Below are positions 1-9,699 of a stretch of 20,000 nucleotides of DNA, in pieces. Location of the stretch: assembly GCF_004010195.1 (NCBI RefSeq), contig NC_057757.1:9967385-9987384 (forward strand), given 5' to 3'. The notes beneath the pieces are model-generated. The model saw only the letters and a list, made by a program, of their open reading frames with translations. It was not told the DNA's origin and searched no databases. Made by a program: the position numbers and the translations under genes. This DNA is from Chiloscyllium plagiosum. Lineage: Eukaryota. Within the stretch, counting starts at the first letter, position 1. Every line of letters starts with the position of its first letter.

Positions 1-17
1 TTAGATACCAGACAAAC

Positions 18-99
18 GGGAGGCTGGAAGAACACAGCAAGCCAGGCAGCAGCAGGAGGTGGAGAAGTCAACGTTTCAAATATAACCCTGCTTCAGGAC
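18..99 (-). mobile_element. Penelope-like element terminal (pLTR) fragment with degenerate hammerhead motif at 67-99
   Basis: Minus strand reads gtc-CTGAAGC-agggttatattt-GAAAC-GTT-gac followed by ttctccacctcctgctgctgcctggcttgctgtgttcttccagc, similar to the termini at 3202, 4811, 7878 and 10742. Confidence 0.75.
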
Positions 100-738
100 C
101 TGGAGAACAAATTTCAGAGTTAAATGGAGAGCTGATTTCAGCTTTCAGCTTCAGGTAGACTCTTGAGATGGTGATCTAACTGGTTTGACATTGGAGTTGA
201 TTAGTCTGCGATTTGAATGCTATAGCAAATAGTCACACTAATTATATTCACATAAAGAACGCCATATTTTAGACATGCAATTCAGCCCATCCTCAAAAGT
301 AAAATGTTTACAATGCTTGACTAAACCATTTACAAGTTTTTTTACTTTCATCCTTCATTAAGTTTTTCAGAGGAATGGTTTGGAATTGTTATTTTTCCTG
401 GTCACTGTTATTCCTGAAAATTGGACAGAATATCTGTTGCTGCCCATCTAATAATTGTCTTATGACAAAATGGAGATGCATACAGTTCCTCACGGACAGA
501 GTTTGCATTGTTTAATCATTGCCATATGTTGGGTTGGAAATTATATCCAACCGGCCTTTGAAAATATGTGACACTGATCAGTTACACATCTCATTCTAAT
601 CAAGTCAACCTTCCTATGTAATTCACTGCCTTTCTCATGTTGTATGTCATCCTCTGTGATATCCCTTCATTCTGGAACTCTTCAAAGTATCTTCAAGAAT
701 TGTGGAGGAGCAATTTACTGCAGTTGCTGGAATCTGTT

Positions 739-929
739 CTGAAAACATGAAATGCTGGGGATCACAGGGGGTCAGGCAGCATCCACGGAGAGAGAGCAAG
801 CTAACGTTTGAGTCTAAATGACTCTTCATTAAGGCTTCATCTAGAGTCATCTATACTTGAAAAGTTAGCTTGCTTTCTCTCCATGGATGCTGCCTGACCT
901 GCTGTGATCTCCAGCAATTTTGTTTTCAG
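739..929. mobile_element. Fold-back Penelope-like mini-element (two pLTR ends back to back)
   Basis: 739-825 is an imperfect reverse complement of 843-929 (gtcaggcagcatccacggagag / ctctccatggatgctgcctgac). Each arm has a decayed hammerhead; the left arm keeps a perfect stem II (gagtc/gactc). Confidence 0.8.
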
Positions 930-1419
930 TTCAAATATTATGGGCCTGAATCAGTTCACTCAACTTGATATCTGCAGAAATATTGACTTCATTCCAAAAA
1001 GAATTTGAGGGTTTTTTTTTTGGTTAGTTTTAGAGTATGATAGATTAATAAATGTCACAGGAGACAAATTAAATGTCAGTTTTTGGTGTTATTAAGAGGT
1101 GGAGGAATGATTGCGTGTGGAAATGGTGGCACAGCTGTTTAAGTTTTCCTCTTGTCTTGGTTGCTGTTGCTGATGACTGTTGCTGATTGTTGTACGGCAA
1201 TCACTGGTTGTAGATGATTTTTTAAAAAACCTGATTAAATTCAATTTAAACTTAGGTTAGCACTGATCAGTTGGCGACAGTCTAGCTTTTACTGTTGGAA
1301 GGCTCTAGGTCCAACTCACTCTAAACATCAGCATCCTAGAATGATACTGAATAAATGTTTTTTGAGGTGCAACGTCTTGATTTATTTCTTGTTTGCCCTT
1401 ATTTACCCTCCCCCTTAAG

Positions 1420-1675
1420 GTATAATTGTAGAAGATGCATCACCTGCCCTTCGACCTCCCGTCTTCTCACTAGTCAAGGCCCCAAGTATTCCTTTTAAGT
1501 GATTAAATTGTACTTCTTTCAATTTAGTACACTGTATTCATTGCTCACAATGTGGATTCCTCTGTAGACCAAACACAGGCAAGGTAACTGCTTTCAGAAT
1601 CACCTCAGGTTTGTTGACAAGCGCAACTCCAAGGTTCTGATCATTCGTCAGTTTAGTCCTCCATCTTGTTAAGAT
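1420..1675 (+). mobile_element. Old Penelope-like GIY-YIG endonuclease fragment
   Basis: tgtacttctttcaatttagtacactgtattcattgctcacaatgtggattcctc translates CTSFNLVHCIHCSQCGFL, resembling the PLE GIY-YIG N-terminal pattern; frameshifted. Confidence 0.6.
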
Positions 1676-1684
1676 GCTGACTTT

Positions 1685-2680
1685 AAGGACATTGTTGCAT
1701 TGGTGTTGTAGTTCAGAGAAGATTCACTTGGCTGATTCCTGGAAACAACCACATATGCACAGGTTGAACATGTTGTGCCTATACGCACTAGCATTTAAAA
1801 TAATATGAAGTAATCTTGTTTGAACATAGAAAATTTCTATTAGGATGCTGATTTGCTCATAAGGCCTTAATCTAGAGTACTATTTACAGTTTTGGTTTCC
1901 TTACTTGAGAAAGGATGTATTGGCACTGGAGGGGGTGCAGACAGGTTCACTAGGTTGATCCTGGAGTGGAGAGAGTTGGCATGTGAGGAGCAATTCATTG
2001 GAACTTAGAAGAATGGGGGAGGGGGGGATCTCATAGAAACATATAACATTATGAAGGGAATAGATAAGATAGAAGCAGGGAGGTTGTTTGCACTGGTGCG
2101 TGAAAATAGAAGTAGGGAGCATAGCCTCAAAATAAGGAGGATCAGATTCAGAACTGAGTTAAGGAGGAATGTCTTCACCCAAAGGGTTGTGAATCTGTGG
2201 AATTTCCTGCCCAGAGAAGCAGTTGAGACTACTTTATTGAATGTTTTTAAGGCAAAGATAGATAGATTTTTGAACAGTAAAGGAATTAAGGATTACTGTG
2301 AGAGGGCGGGTAAGTGGAGCTGAGTCCAGGAAAAGATCAGCCATGATCTTATTGAATGGTGGAGCAGGCTCAATGGGCCAGATGGCCTACTCCGACTCTT
2401 ATTTCTGATGTTTTTATGTAGATCTAGTTGTTTCAAATAAGGGGTTCCCTACATAAGAAGGGGATGAGGAGGAATCTCATCTTTCAGAGGGTGATGAATG
2501 TTTGGAGTTTAGTCCCCCATTACGCAGTGCAGGATGGACCATTGAAATGTTAAAGACTGAGTTAGATGGAGTTTTGATTGACAAGGAAGTGAAGGGTATG
2601 AAGGCCAGACAGGCCCTAAGGCCTCAATTAGAATTACCTGGGGCCTACCTCTGTCCCCATTTCCTATCTTCTTATGTAAT
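1685..2680 (+). mobile_element. Old CR1-clade LINE 3' fragment, interrupted by a younger CR1 at 1880-2418
   Basis: gttcagagaagattcact... precedes the insert; aaataagggg...gatgaggaggaat...cagagggtgatgaat... resumes after it and ends in cttcttatgt. Confidence 0.6.
1880..2418 (+). mobile_element. 5'-truncated CR1-clade LINE (ORF2 C-terminus and 3' UTR)
   Basis: ORF 2051-2323 has the HSLKI..FRTELRRNVFTQRVVNLWNFLP..FKAKIDRFL CR1 C-terminus; tail gatggcctactcc...tttttatgt. Confidence 0.9.
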
Positions 2681-3201
2681 GCCTATTATCTGAAAATGGT
2701 GCAATGGACAATTACTCAAATATATTAGAAGCAAATGCTATTGACACCTTGTCTCGACATTATCTGAGCATCTAATTTAATCATCTCTGGTACCAATTTA
2801 GTTTCGCCTGATTAAATGTTGACTGAAATCTCATTCTAAATCTTAGTATCCCCATGAATTTGAATATTAAAACTTGTCCAATCTAATAGTTATTGACTAA
2901 CTATATTGCAGACAGTTGTTAAGATGTATCATTCCTTGCCATGTAACTATTATACCTGTCTATTTTGTTTATCCTGTGTTCCAGATAATTGATTTGTTCT
3001 TTGAAGCTCGATTGATTCATTTCAATTGCGTTTATAGATTCACTGGTATGTAATGGAAGGCTGGAGTGTGTATACTGTTTGTATTGTCTTCTGAAAACTG
3101 TCGATTGTTAGCACTTTTCTCACCTGTGACACTCAAACCAACAACTTCAAACAGCAAGGCCTACAAACCTACAAACTCAAATAGCCTTCAAAACTCTTGA
3201 C

Positions 3202-3416
3202 CTGAAAATGTGTTGCTGGAAAAGCGCAGCAGGTCAGGCAGCATCCAAGGAACAGGAGAATCAATGTTTTGGGCATAAGCCCTTCTTCAGGAATGAGGAA
3301 AGTGTGTCCAGCAGGCTAAGATAAAAGGTAGGGAGGAGGGACTTGGGGGAGGGGCGTTGGAAATGTGATAGGTGGAAGGAGGTCAAGGTAAGGGTGATAG
3401 GCCGGAGTGGGGTGGG
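3202..3416 (-). mobile_element. Penelope-like pLTR fragment with mutated hammerhead (3260-3293)
   Basis: Near-identical to 4387-4522 (direct) and overlapping 4724-4902 (inverted). Minus strand: ttc-CTGAAGA-a-gggc-ttat-gccc-AAAAC (GAAA lost). Confidence 0.85.
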
Positions 3417-4247
3417 CACGAAGAGGGCTAAAAAGGGTCATGAAATAGCTTTAGCAAACAGAGTTAAGGAAAATCCCAAAGCCTTTTATTCATATATAAG
3501 GATCAAAAGGGTAACTGCTGAAAGGGCTGACCCACTCAACGACAAAAGAGGAAAGATATGCGTAGCCTCAGAGAAGATTGATGAGATTCTTAATAAGTAC
3601 TTTGCATCGGTATTCACCAAGGAAAGGGACATGGCAGATGGTGAGGTTAGGGATAGGTGTTTGATAACTCTAGGTCAAGTCAGCATGAGGAGGCAGCAAG
3701 TGTTGGTCTGGTCGCCACATTACCAAAAGGATGTAGATGCTTTGGAGAGGGTGTGGAGGAGGTTCACCAGGATGTTGCCTGGTATGGAGAGCACTAGCTA
3801 TGAAGAGAGGTTGAGTAGATTAGGATTATTTTCATTAGAAAGACAGAGGTTGAGGGGGGACCTGATTGAGGTCTACAAAATAGTGAGAGGTAGAGACAGG
3901 GTGGATACCAAGAAGCTTTTTCGCAGAGTTCGGAACTCAAATTACTAGGGGTCACGAGTTCAAGGTGAGAGGGTAAAGGTTTAGAGGTGATATACATGGA
4001 AAGTTCTTTATGCAGAGGGTGCTGGGTGTCGGGAAAGCATTGCCAGAGGAGATGGTAGAGGTGGGCTCGATAGCGTCATTTAAGATGTATCTAGACAGAT
4101 ACATGAATGGACAGGGAGCAAAGGGATACAGATCCTTAGGAAATATGTGGCAAGTTTACCTCAAGGATTTGGATCAGTGCAGGCTTGGAGGTCTGAAGGG
4201 CCTGTTCCTGTGCTGTAATTTTCTTTGTTCTTTGTTCTTCTTGTTCT
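3417..4247 (+). mobile_element. CR1-clade LINE ORF2 3' portion with the RT domain deleted
   Basis: KRAKKGHEIALANRVKENPKAFY..EILNKYFASVFT (pre-RT) joins at ~3706 to WSPHYQKDVDALERV..LRGDLIEVYKI (post-RT); (ttctttg)n tail. Confidence 0.9.
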
Positions 4248-4248
4248 A

Positions 4249-4303
4249 TACAGACAGTTGCCCGTGGCTTGAATTGAACCCAGGTCTGTGAGGCAGCAGT
4301 GCC
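4249..4303 (-). mobile_element. HE1-like SINE head fragment
   Basis: Reverse complement gcactgctgcctcacagacctgggttcaattc...caactgtctgt resembles the head of the 9757 SINE. Confidence 0.7.
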
Positions 4304-4386
4304 ATCCCTGACTGATATCTTCCCTCATTTTCTACCTTTAAGGCACTTCTTAAAGCTTAGTCCCCTTTGACCAAGCTTTTGATCAT

Positions 4387-4939
4387 CCCTTCTTCAGGAA
4401 TGAGGAAAGTGTGTCCAGCAGGCTAAGATAAAGGTAGGGAGGAGGGACTTGGGGGAGGAGCGTTGGAAATGCGATAGGTGGAAGGAGGTCAAGGTGAGGG
4501 TGATAGGCCGGAGTGGGGTGGGAGCGGAGAGGTCAGGAAGAAGATTGCAGGTTAGGAAGGCGGTGCTGAGTTCGAGGGATTTGACTGAGACAAGGTGGGG
4601 GGGGGGGGAAATGAGGAAACTGGAGAAATCTGAGTTCATCCCTTGTGGTTGGAGGGTTCCTAGGCGGAAGATGAGGCGCTCTTCCTCCAACCATCATGTT
4701 GCTATGGTCTGGCGATGGAGGATCCTCCTTCCACCTATCGCATTTCCAACACGCCCCCCCAAGTCCCTCCTCCTACCTTTTATCTTAGTCTGCTTGGCAC
4801 ACTCTCCTCATTCCTGAAGAATGGCTCATGCCCGAAACGTCGATTCTCCTGCTCCTTGGATGCTGCCTGACCTGCTGCGCTTTTCCAGCAACACATTTTC
4901 AGCTCTGATCTCCAGCATCTGCAACCCTCACTTTCTCCT
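4387..4939. mobile_element. Penelope-like element: minus-strand GIY-YIG C-terminus and 3' region (4387-4722) joined to an inverted pLTR (4723-4939)
   Basis: ORF 4394-4690(-) EEERLIFRLGTLQPQGMNSDFSSF is a typical PLE endonuclease end. The inversion junction is the palindrome ggaggatcctcc (4717-4728). Confidence 0.9.
4811..4844 (+). ncRNA. Minimal type I hammerhead ribozyme motif (PLE-associated)
   Basis: ttc-CTGAAGA-a-tggc-tcat-gccc-GAAA-C-GTC-gat. Core intact; first stem II pair mismatched; helix I only 2 bp. Confidence 0.6.
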
Positions 4940-5500
4940 TTCCCCAATTTAGCAAATTTCCTTTTGGGTCACTCTTGTCTTTGTCCATGAGTATTCTAAA
5001 ACTTACAGAATTGTGATCACTATTCCCAAAGTAATCCTGTACTGAAACTTCAACCACCTTGCCGGGCTCATTCCCCAATACCAGGCCCCTTTCCAAATTG
5101 GGCTATTTACATACTGCTCTAAAAAAACGCTCCTGGATGCTCCTTACAAATTCTGCTCCATCCAGACCTCCAACACTAAATGAATCCCAGTCTATGTTGG
5201 GAAAATTAAAATCTCCCATCACTATCACCCTATTGCTCCTACATCTTTCCATAATCTGTTTACATATTATCTCAAGTTCGCTGCTGGGAGGCCTGTAGTA
5301 CAGCCCCAACATTGTTACCACGCCCTTCTTCTGCCCATATTGTTTCACTTCTGAGTCCTCCATAGTGCTCTCCTTCAGCACAGCTGTGATATCCTCTCTG
5401 ACCATTAATGCAACTCCTTCACCCCTTTTACCTCCGTCTCTATCCAGCCTGAAGCATCTTTATTGTTATATTTAGTTGTTAATCTTGCCCTTCCCTCAAG

Positions 5501-5725
5501 ACATGGGTTCAATTCCCACCTCAGGCAACTGTGGAGTATGTACATTCTCCCTGTGTCTCCGTGGGTTTCCTCCCACAGTCCAAAAATGTGCAGGTTCGAT
5601 GAATTGGCCATGCTAAATTGCCTGTAGTGTTAGGTGTAGGGGAATGGGTCTGGGTGGGTTGCTCTTCAGAGAGTTGGTTGGGCTGAAGGGCCTGTTTTTA
5701 CACTGTTGGGAATCTAATCTAATCT
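5501..5725 (+). mobile_element. HE1-like SINE, 5'-truncated with internal deletions, inserted in the CR1
   Basis: gggttcaattccc B box, core gtgggtttcctcccacagtccaaa, aatctaatctaatcta tail. Confidence 0.85.
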
Positions 5726-5849
5726 ATTCCCCTTGGTCACGCTGACTTTATTATCTAGTCCCTTACAGACTTTAGTTATTACCTCCTTACTATCCACTAA
5801 CCTCCTCATTTGGTTCCCATCCTCCTGCCACATTGGTTTAAACCCTCCC

Positions 5850-6755
5850 CAACAACGTTAGCAAATGTGCTCCCAAGGACATTGGTTTCAGTCCGGCTCA
5901 GGTGTAGACCATCCAATTTGTAATAGTCCCACCTCCCCCAGAACCGGTTGCCATGTCCCAAAAATCTGAACCTCTTCCTCCTGCACCGTCTCTCAAGCCA
6001 CACAATCATCCTGTCTATTCTTTCATTTCTACTCTGACTAGCATGTGGGACTGGTGGTAATCCTGAGATTGCGACCTCTAAGGTCCTACATTTTAACTTG
6101 ATTCCGAACTCCCTAAATTCTGCTTGTAGGACCTCATCCCATTTGTTTATCTATATCATTTGTGCCTTTATGCACCACGTCAACTGGCTGTTCACCCTCC
6201 CCCTTGAAAATGTTCTGAAGCTGATCTGAGACATCCCTGACCTGTGCCCCTGGGCGGCAACATACCATACGGGAGTCTCGTTTTCGACCACAGAATCATC
6301 TATCCATTCCCTTTACAATTGAACCCCTCTGACTCTCGCCCTTCCACTCTTTTTCCTGCCCTTCTGTACAGCAGAGCCAGCCAGCTACTGCTGCCTTCCC
6401 CTGGTGAGCCATCTCCCCCAGCTATGTCCAAAACCGGATACCTGTTTTGGAGGGAGATGACCACAGGGGACACCTGCACTGCCTCCCTGGTTTTTCTCTG
6501 CCTTTTGGTCACCCATTCCCTTTCTCCCTCAGCAATCCTAATCTGCAGTGTGACCAATTCACTAAATGTGCTATTTCTGACCAACTCAGCATTGCACATG
6601 CTCCAAAGTGAGTCCATTTGCAGCTTCAGAGTCATCATGCGGTCTAACAAGAGCTGCAGCTGGACACACTTCCTGCACGTGAAGGAGTCAGGGACGTCCC
6701 TGAGCTCCCACATTGAGCAAGAGCAGCATAACACAGGTCTGAGATCTCCTGCCAT
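5850..6755 (-). pseudogene. CR1 ORF1 (zinc finger/leucine zipper plus SGNH esterase), frameshifted and partly deleted
   Basis: CCSCSMWE..FTCRKCVQLQLLLDRM (6300-6755) and WLERRCRRKRFRFL..YKLDGLHL (DxxH esterase block; 5806-6009). Confidence 0.85.
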
Positions 6756-7013
6756 TTTTACACTTAAGCTTAACTTAGTCCAACCATAATATCAATCAAT
6801 AGATAAATGAAAAAGGAAAATAAAGAAAAAAATGTTTACCAATCACATGAGAAAAAAAGAAATAGAAAAGCCTTACATTATCAACACACCATTTAGTTTT
6901 TTTGGTCAGAGGAGGAGGTTGGTTGGGAGACTCCACATGTGTTGTGTCTCGGGTTCAGCTGCTGCTGAAATGTATCAGGTCACTCACCTTCCCAGAGCGC
7001 AATTCGACTGGTA

Positions 7014-7129
7014 CCACTCAGCTCCTCACTCTCCCTGCTCCCACTCAGCTCCTCACTTTCCCCACTCCCACTCAGCTCCTCACTCTCCCCGCTCCCACTC
7101 TGCTCCTCACTCTCCCTGCTCCCACTCAG
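7014..7129. repeat. 27-bp tandem repeat, about 4.3 copies
   Basis: Unit ccactcagctcctcactctccctgctc starting at 7014, 7041, 7068, 7095 and a partial at 7122. Confidence 0.95.
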
Positions 7130-7877
7130 ATTACCTGGAGCCTTAATCTGTAATTCTTTATAAGCACTGCCCTCTCTTCCTATTCCCTGTAAATAGTGAT
7201 GAATAATGAAGCCTGCTAAAGCTCATTGCAAACATATAAGCCTCACATTCCTCCATGCTAGAGCAATGACTGGATCCATGGCACCAGAAGCAAAATGGCA
7301 GGAAAGGCCTGAGTGAAGCCCACAGATGGTACAGTGATATAGGGAAATAGGAGTCAGCCCAATGATCCACCCCAAAAGTGCAGGGTGGGGATAGCACCTG
7401 ACAAGAAGCTCATTGGTGATAGGGATCAAACTGCAGAGAGCAAAAGCCCATGCAAAAGCTGGGAGACCACAGCAGAAGGAACAGAGCAGGGAGTGTGAGA
7501 AACGACAAGTAAACAAGACATACAAAACCTAACTCAGCCTCTGAGAGTAAATGATTAGAGTGAATTGAAGGAACTTTCAGTGGTGGGGTAGGGACATAAA
7601 ATCAGAAAATCCACCATCTATACGACAAGGCACGGCCGATTCCATTAAAGAATCCCTTTGGCAGGAAAGCAGCCAAGTCAATTTTAGAGAGAGTCTCAAG
7701 TGCAAAGAGAGACACCAGAGCATAGATGCAGCAGCTACGTAGAAAATTAACCACAGCAGTCTGTGGGCACCCTGGCAGCAGGAGGCACCCAAGAGCTGGA
7801 TGAAGTCTTCCTGGGGAAGGTGGCAGGTCCACCTGAACTCTCTGACTTGGGAAGACCCATAGAATGAGCTCTTGTAT

Positions 7878-8290
7878 GCTGGAGTGGATAAAGCGTGGCG
7901 CTGGAAAGCAGAGCAGGTCAAGCAGCATCTGAGGAGCAAGAGAGTCAACATTTCAGTCTTACCCCTTCATCAGGTCTGGGAAGGGGGAAGGTGGCTGAGA
8001 GATAAGTGGGAGAGTGGGTATAGGTCTACGGGAAAAGTAGTTGGGATGGCGATAGTTGGGTGAAGGTAGATGAGGTGTTCCTCCTCCAGTTGGGGGTGGT
8101 GTTGGGTAGGTGGTGGAGGAGGCCCAGAATGGACATGTCTTCAGGGGAGGGGGAGGGGGAATTTGAAATGTATGGCTACAGGAAGGTGGGGTCGGTTGGT
8201 GCGTATGGACTAGAAATATTCCCTGAAATGTTTCATGGGACAAGTTTGTGTCCGGTCTCTCCGATGTAGAGGAGACCACATTGCTAGTAA
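7878..8290 (-). mobile_element. Penelope-like fragment (GIY-YIG remnant plus pLTR with degenerate hammerhead at 7944-7976)
   Basis: Minus strand encodes GLLYIGETGHKL near 8243-8278 and reads gac-CTGATGA-aggggtaagact-GAAA-TGTT-gac. Confidence 0.8.
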
Positions 8291-8402
8291 TGGATGGAGT
8301 GAATGAGATATGTTGGGAAAAACTAACTCGCAATAATATTGTGGAGGCTGAATTTGTGTATTAGTTTCTTAGAGCTATACAGGGCAACCACTTTATCTGT
8401 TG

Positions 8403-8899
8403 TGGTTCTGTTCGCCGAGCAGGAAGTTTTTGTTGCAAACGTTTCGTCCCCTGGCTAGGCGACATCATCAGTGCTTGGGAGCCTCCTGCGAAGCGCTTCT
8501 TTGATGTTTCCTCCGGTGTTTATAGTGGTCTGTCCCTGCCGCTTCGGGTTGTCAGTTTCAGCTGTCCGCTGTAATGGTTGGTATATTGGGTCCAGGTCGA
8601 TGTGTTTGTTGATGGAATTTGTGGATGAATGCCATGCCTCTAAGAATTCCCTGGCTGTTCTCTGTCTGGCTTGCCCTATGATAGTAGTGTTGTCCCAGAA
8701 GGCAAATGTGCTAAACCCCACTACATTCGTCTTGCTCATGTTGGGTATCGGGTCCTTCGTTCTGGTGAGTTGTTGTCTGAGCAACATGAATTCGACTGGG
8801 ACAACAACTGGGACGAAACGTTTGCAACAAAAACTTCCAGCTCGGCGAACAGAACCACAACAACGAGCACCCGAGCTACAAATCTTCGCACAAACTTTG
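8403..8899. mobile_element. Young rearranged Penelope-like element (second subfamily) with inverted termini and 17-bp TSD
   Basis: aaccactttatctgttg at 8386-8402 and 8900-8916. 53-bp inverted repeat 8398-8450 / 8810-8862 with one mismatch. GIY-YIG remnants RQQLTRTKDPIPNMSKTNVV and WDNTTIIGQARQRTAREFLEAWH. Confidence 0.9.
8435..8474 (-). ncRNA. Minimal type I hammerhead ribozyme, best-preserved copy
   Basis: gca-CTGATGA-t-gtcgcc-tagcca-ggggac-GAAA-C-GTT-tgc. Complete core, helix I gca/tgc, helix II with one mismatch; predicted GUU cut between 8438 and 8437. Confidence 0.75.
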
Positions 8900-9129
8900 A
8901 ACCACTTTATCTGTTGGTATGGTTACCACGATTTCATGTTACCTATGGTTTACTGCAGCCTGAACATATTACATGAAACATTCTAGAACCAGGGACAACT
9001 GGGGGCTGCCAGGGAGGTAAATTTCCCATTTAAATGAATGGGTTTGCTCCTATCCATGGTTTCGGGCATCCGCAGTGGGTCTTGAAATGTAGCCCCTGTG
9101 GATATGGGGGACTACTCTACATTGAGGAA

Positions 9130-9450
9130 ACAAACAGGGATTGGGCTATTTTATGTCTAATATTATGCAAAATGGCTGATTAATAATCCTGATGTAATAG
9201 ACCCCTTAGGAAAAGGTGAGCATAACATCATTTATTTTACATTGTAAAAGTTTGCAAATACTTGAAAAACACAATTGAAAACTAGGAAAGTATGATGCTA
9301 TAGGGGACAAAATGGCTATTGTGACTTCAAAAAGTACAAATTTGATGTATGATGCTAAATTGGCAATTTAATAAATTAATTGTGTAAAATGAAAATATAT
9401 TCCCTTAATGCACAAAAATCTGGCAAGAGGTGTTCCAACTGTGGCTAACA
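9130..9450 (+). mobile_element. Highly decayed CR1 ORF2 fragment (end of APE domain)
   Basis: gaccccttaggaaaaggtgagcataac = DPLGKGEHN (SDHN-like motif); caactgtggctaaca resembles the PWLT motif. Confidence 0.55.
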
Positions 9451-9466
9451 ACAACAAAAAGGCAGT

Positions 9467-9690
9467 TGTGTTCCTCCAGGTGCTCTGGTTTCCTCCCATG
9501 ATCCAAAGATGTGCAAGTTAGGTGAATTGACCATGCTAAATTGCCCCATGGTGTCCAGAGATGTGCAGGCTAGGTGTGTTAGCTATGGGAAAAATGTAGG
9601 ATTGTAGGGGGATGGCTTTGGGTAGGATACTCTTCGGAGGGTCAATGTGGACTTGTTGGGCCAAATGGCCCGTTTCCACACTGTAGGGAT
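9467..9690 (+). mobile_element. HE1-like SINE, 3' two-thirds
   Basis: ttcctccaggtgctctggtttcctccca core and ttgggccaaatggcccgtttccacactgtagggat tail. Confidence 0.85.
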
Positions 9691-9699
9691 TCCAAAGTA

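Larger units (their letters stand above)
4940..7130 (-). mobile_element. CR1-clade LINE 5' half: 5' UTR, ORF1 and APE endonuclease of ORF2; truncated at the PLE
   Basis: APE motifs LGLYYRPPSS, VIVMGDFNFPNIDW and GNSDHNSVSF in ORFs 5103-5405 and 4899-5096; ORF1 pieces lie upstream. Confidence 0.9.
8380..9117. mobile_element. Tc1/mariner (Tigger7/MER44-like) MITE of ~224 bp, split by a PLE insertion
   Basis: TA-cagggcaaccactttatctg at the left end and ggatatgggggactactc-TA at the right end (degenerate TIRs, TA duplication). The subterminal atccatggtttcgggcatccgcagtgggtcttgaaatgtagcccc resembles the MER44/Tigger7 end as I recall it. Confidence 0.65.

Noticed and set aside
4310..4388. Possible L2-type LINE 3' fragment (ctttgaccaagcttttg)
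   Set aside because: Too short and decayed to call confidently without alignment.
6244..6789. 181-aa plus-strand ORF
   Set aside because: Antisense shadow of CR1 ORF1.
7014..7129. CRISPR-like array
   Set aside because: Units are contiguous with no unique spacers, and the context is eukaryotic.
6832..7153. ORFs with HSAPHSP or TQLLTLPAP repeats
   Set aside because: Translation of the 27-bp tandem repeat; no evidence of a real protein.
7158..7951. Overlapping 79-124 aa ORFs as a host gene
   Set aside because: No recognisable domain or consistent frame; region left unassigned.
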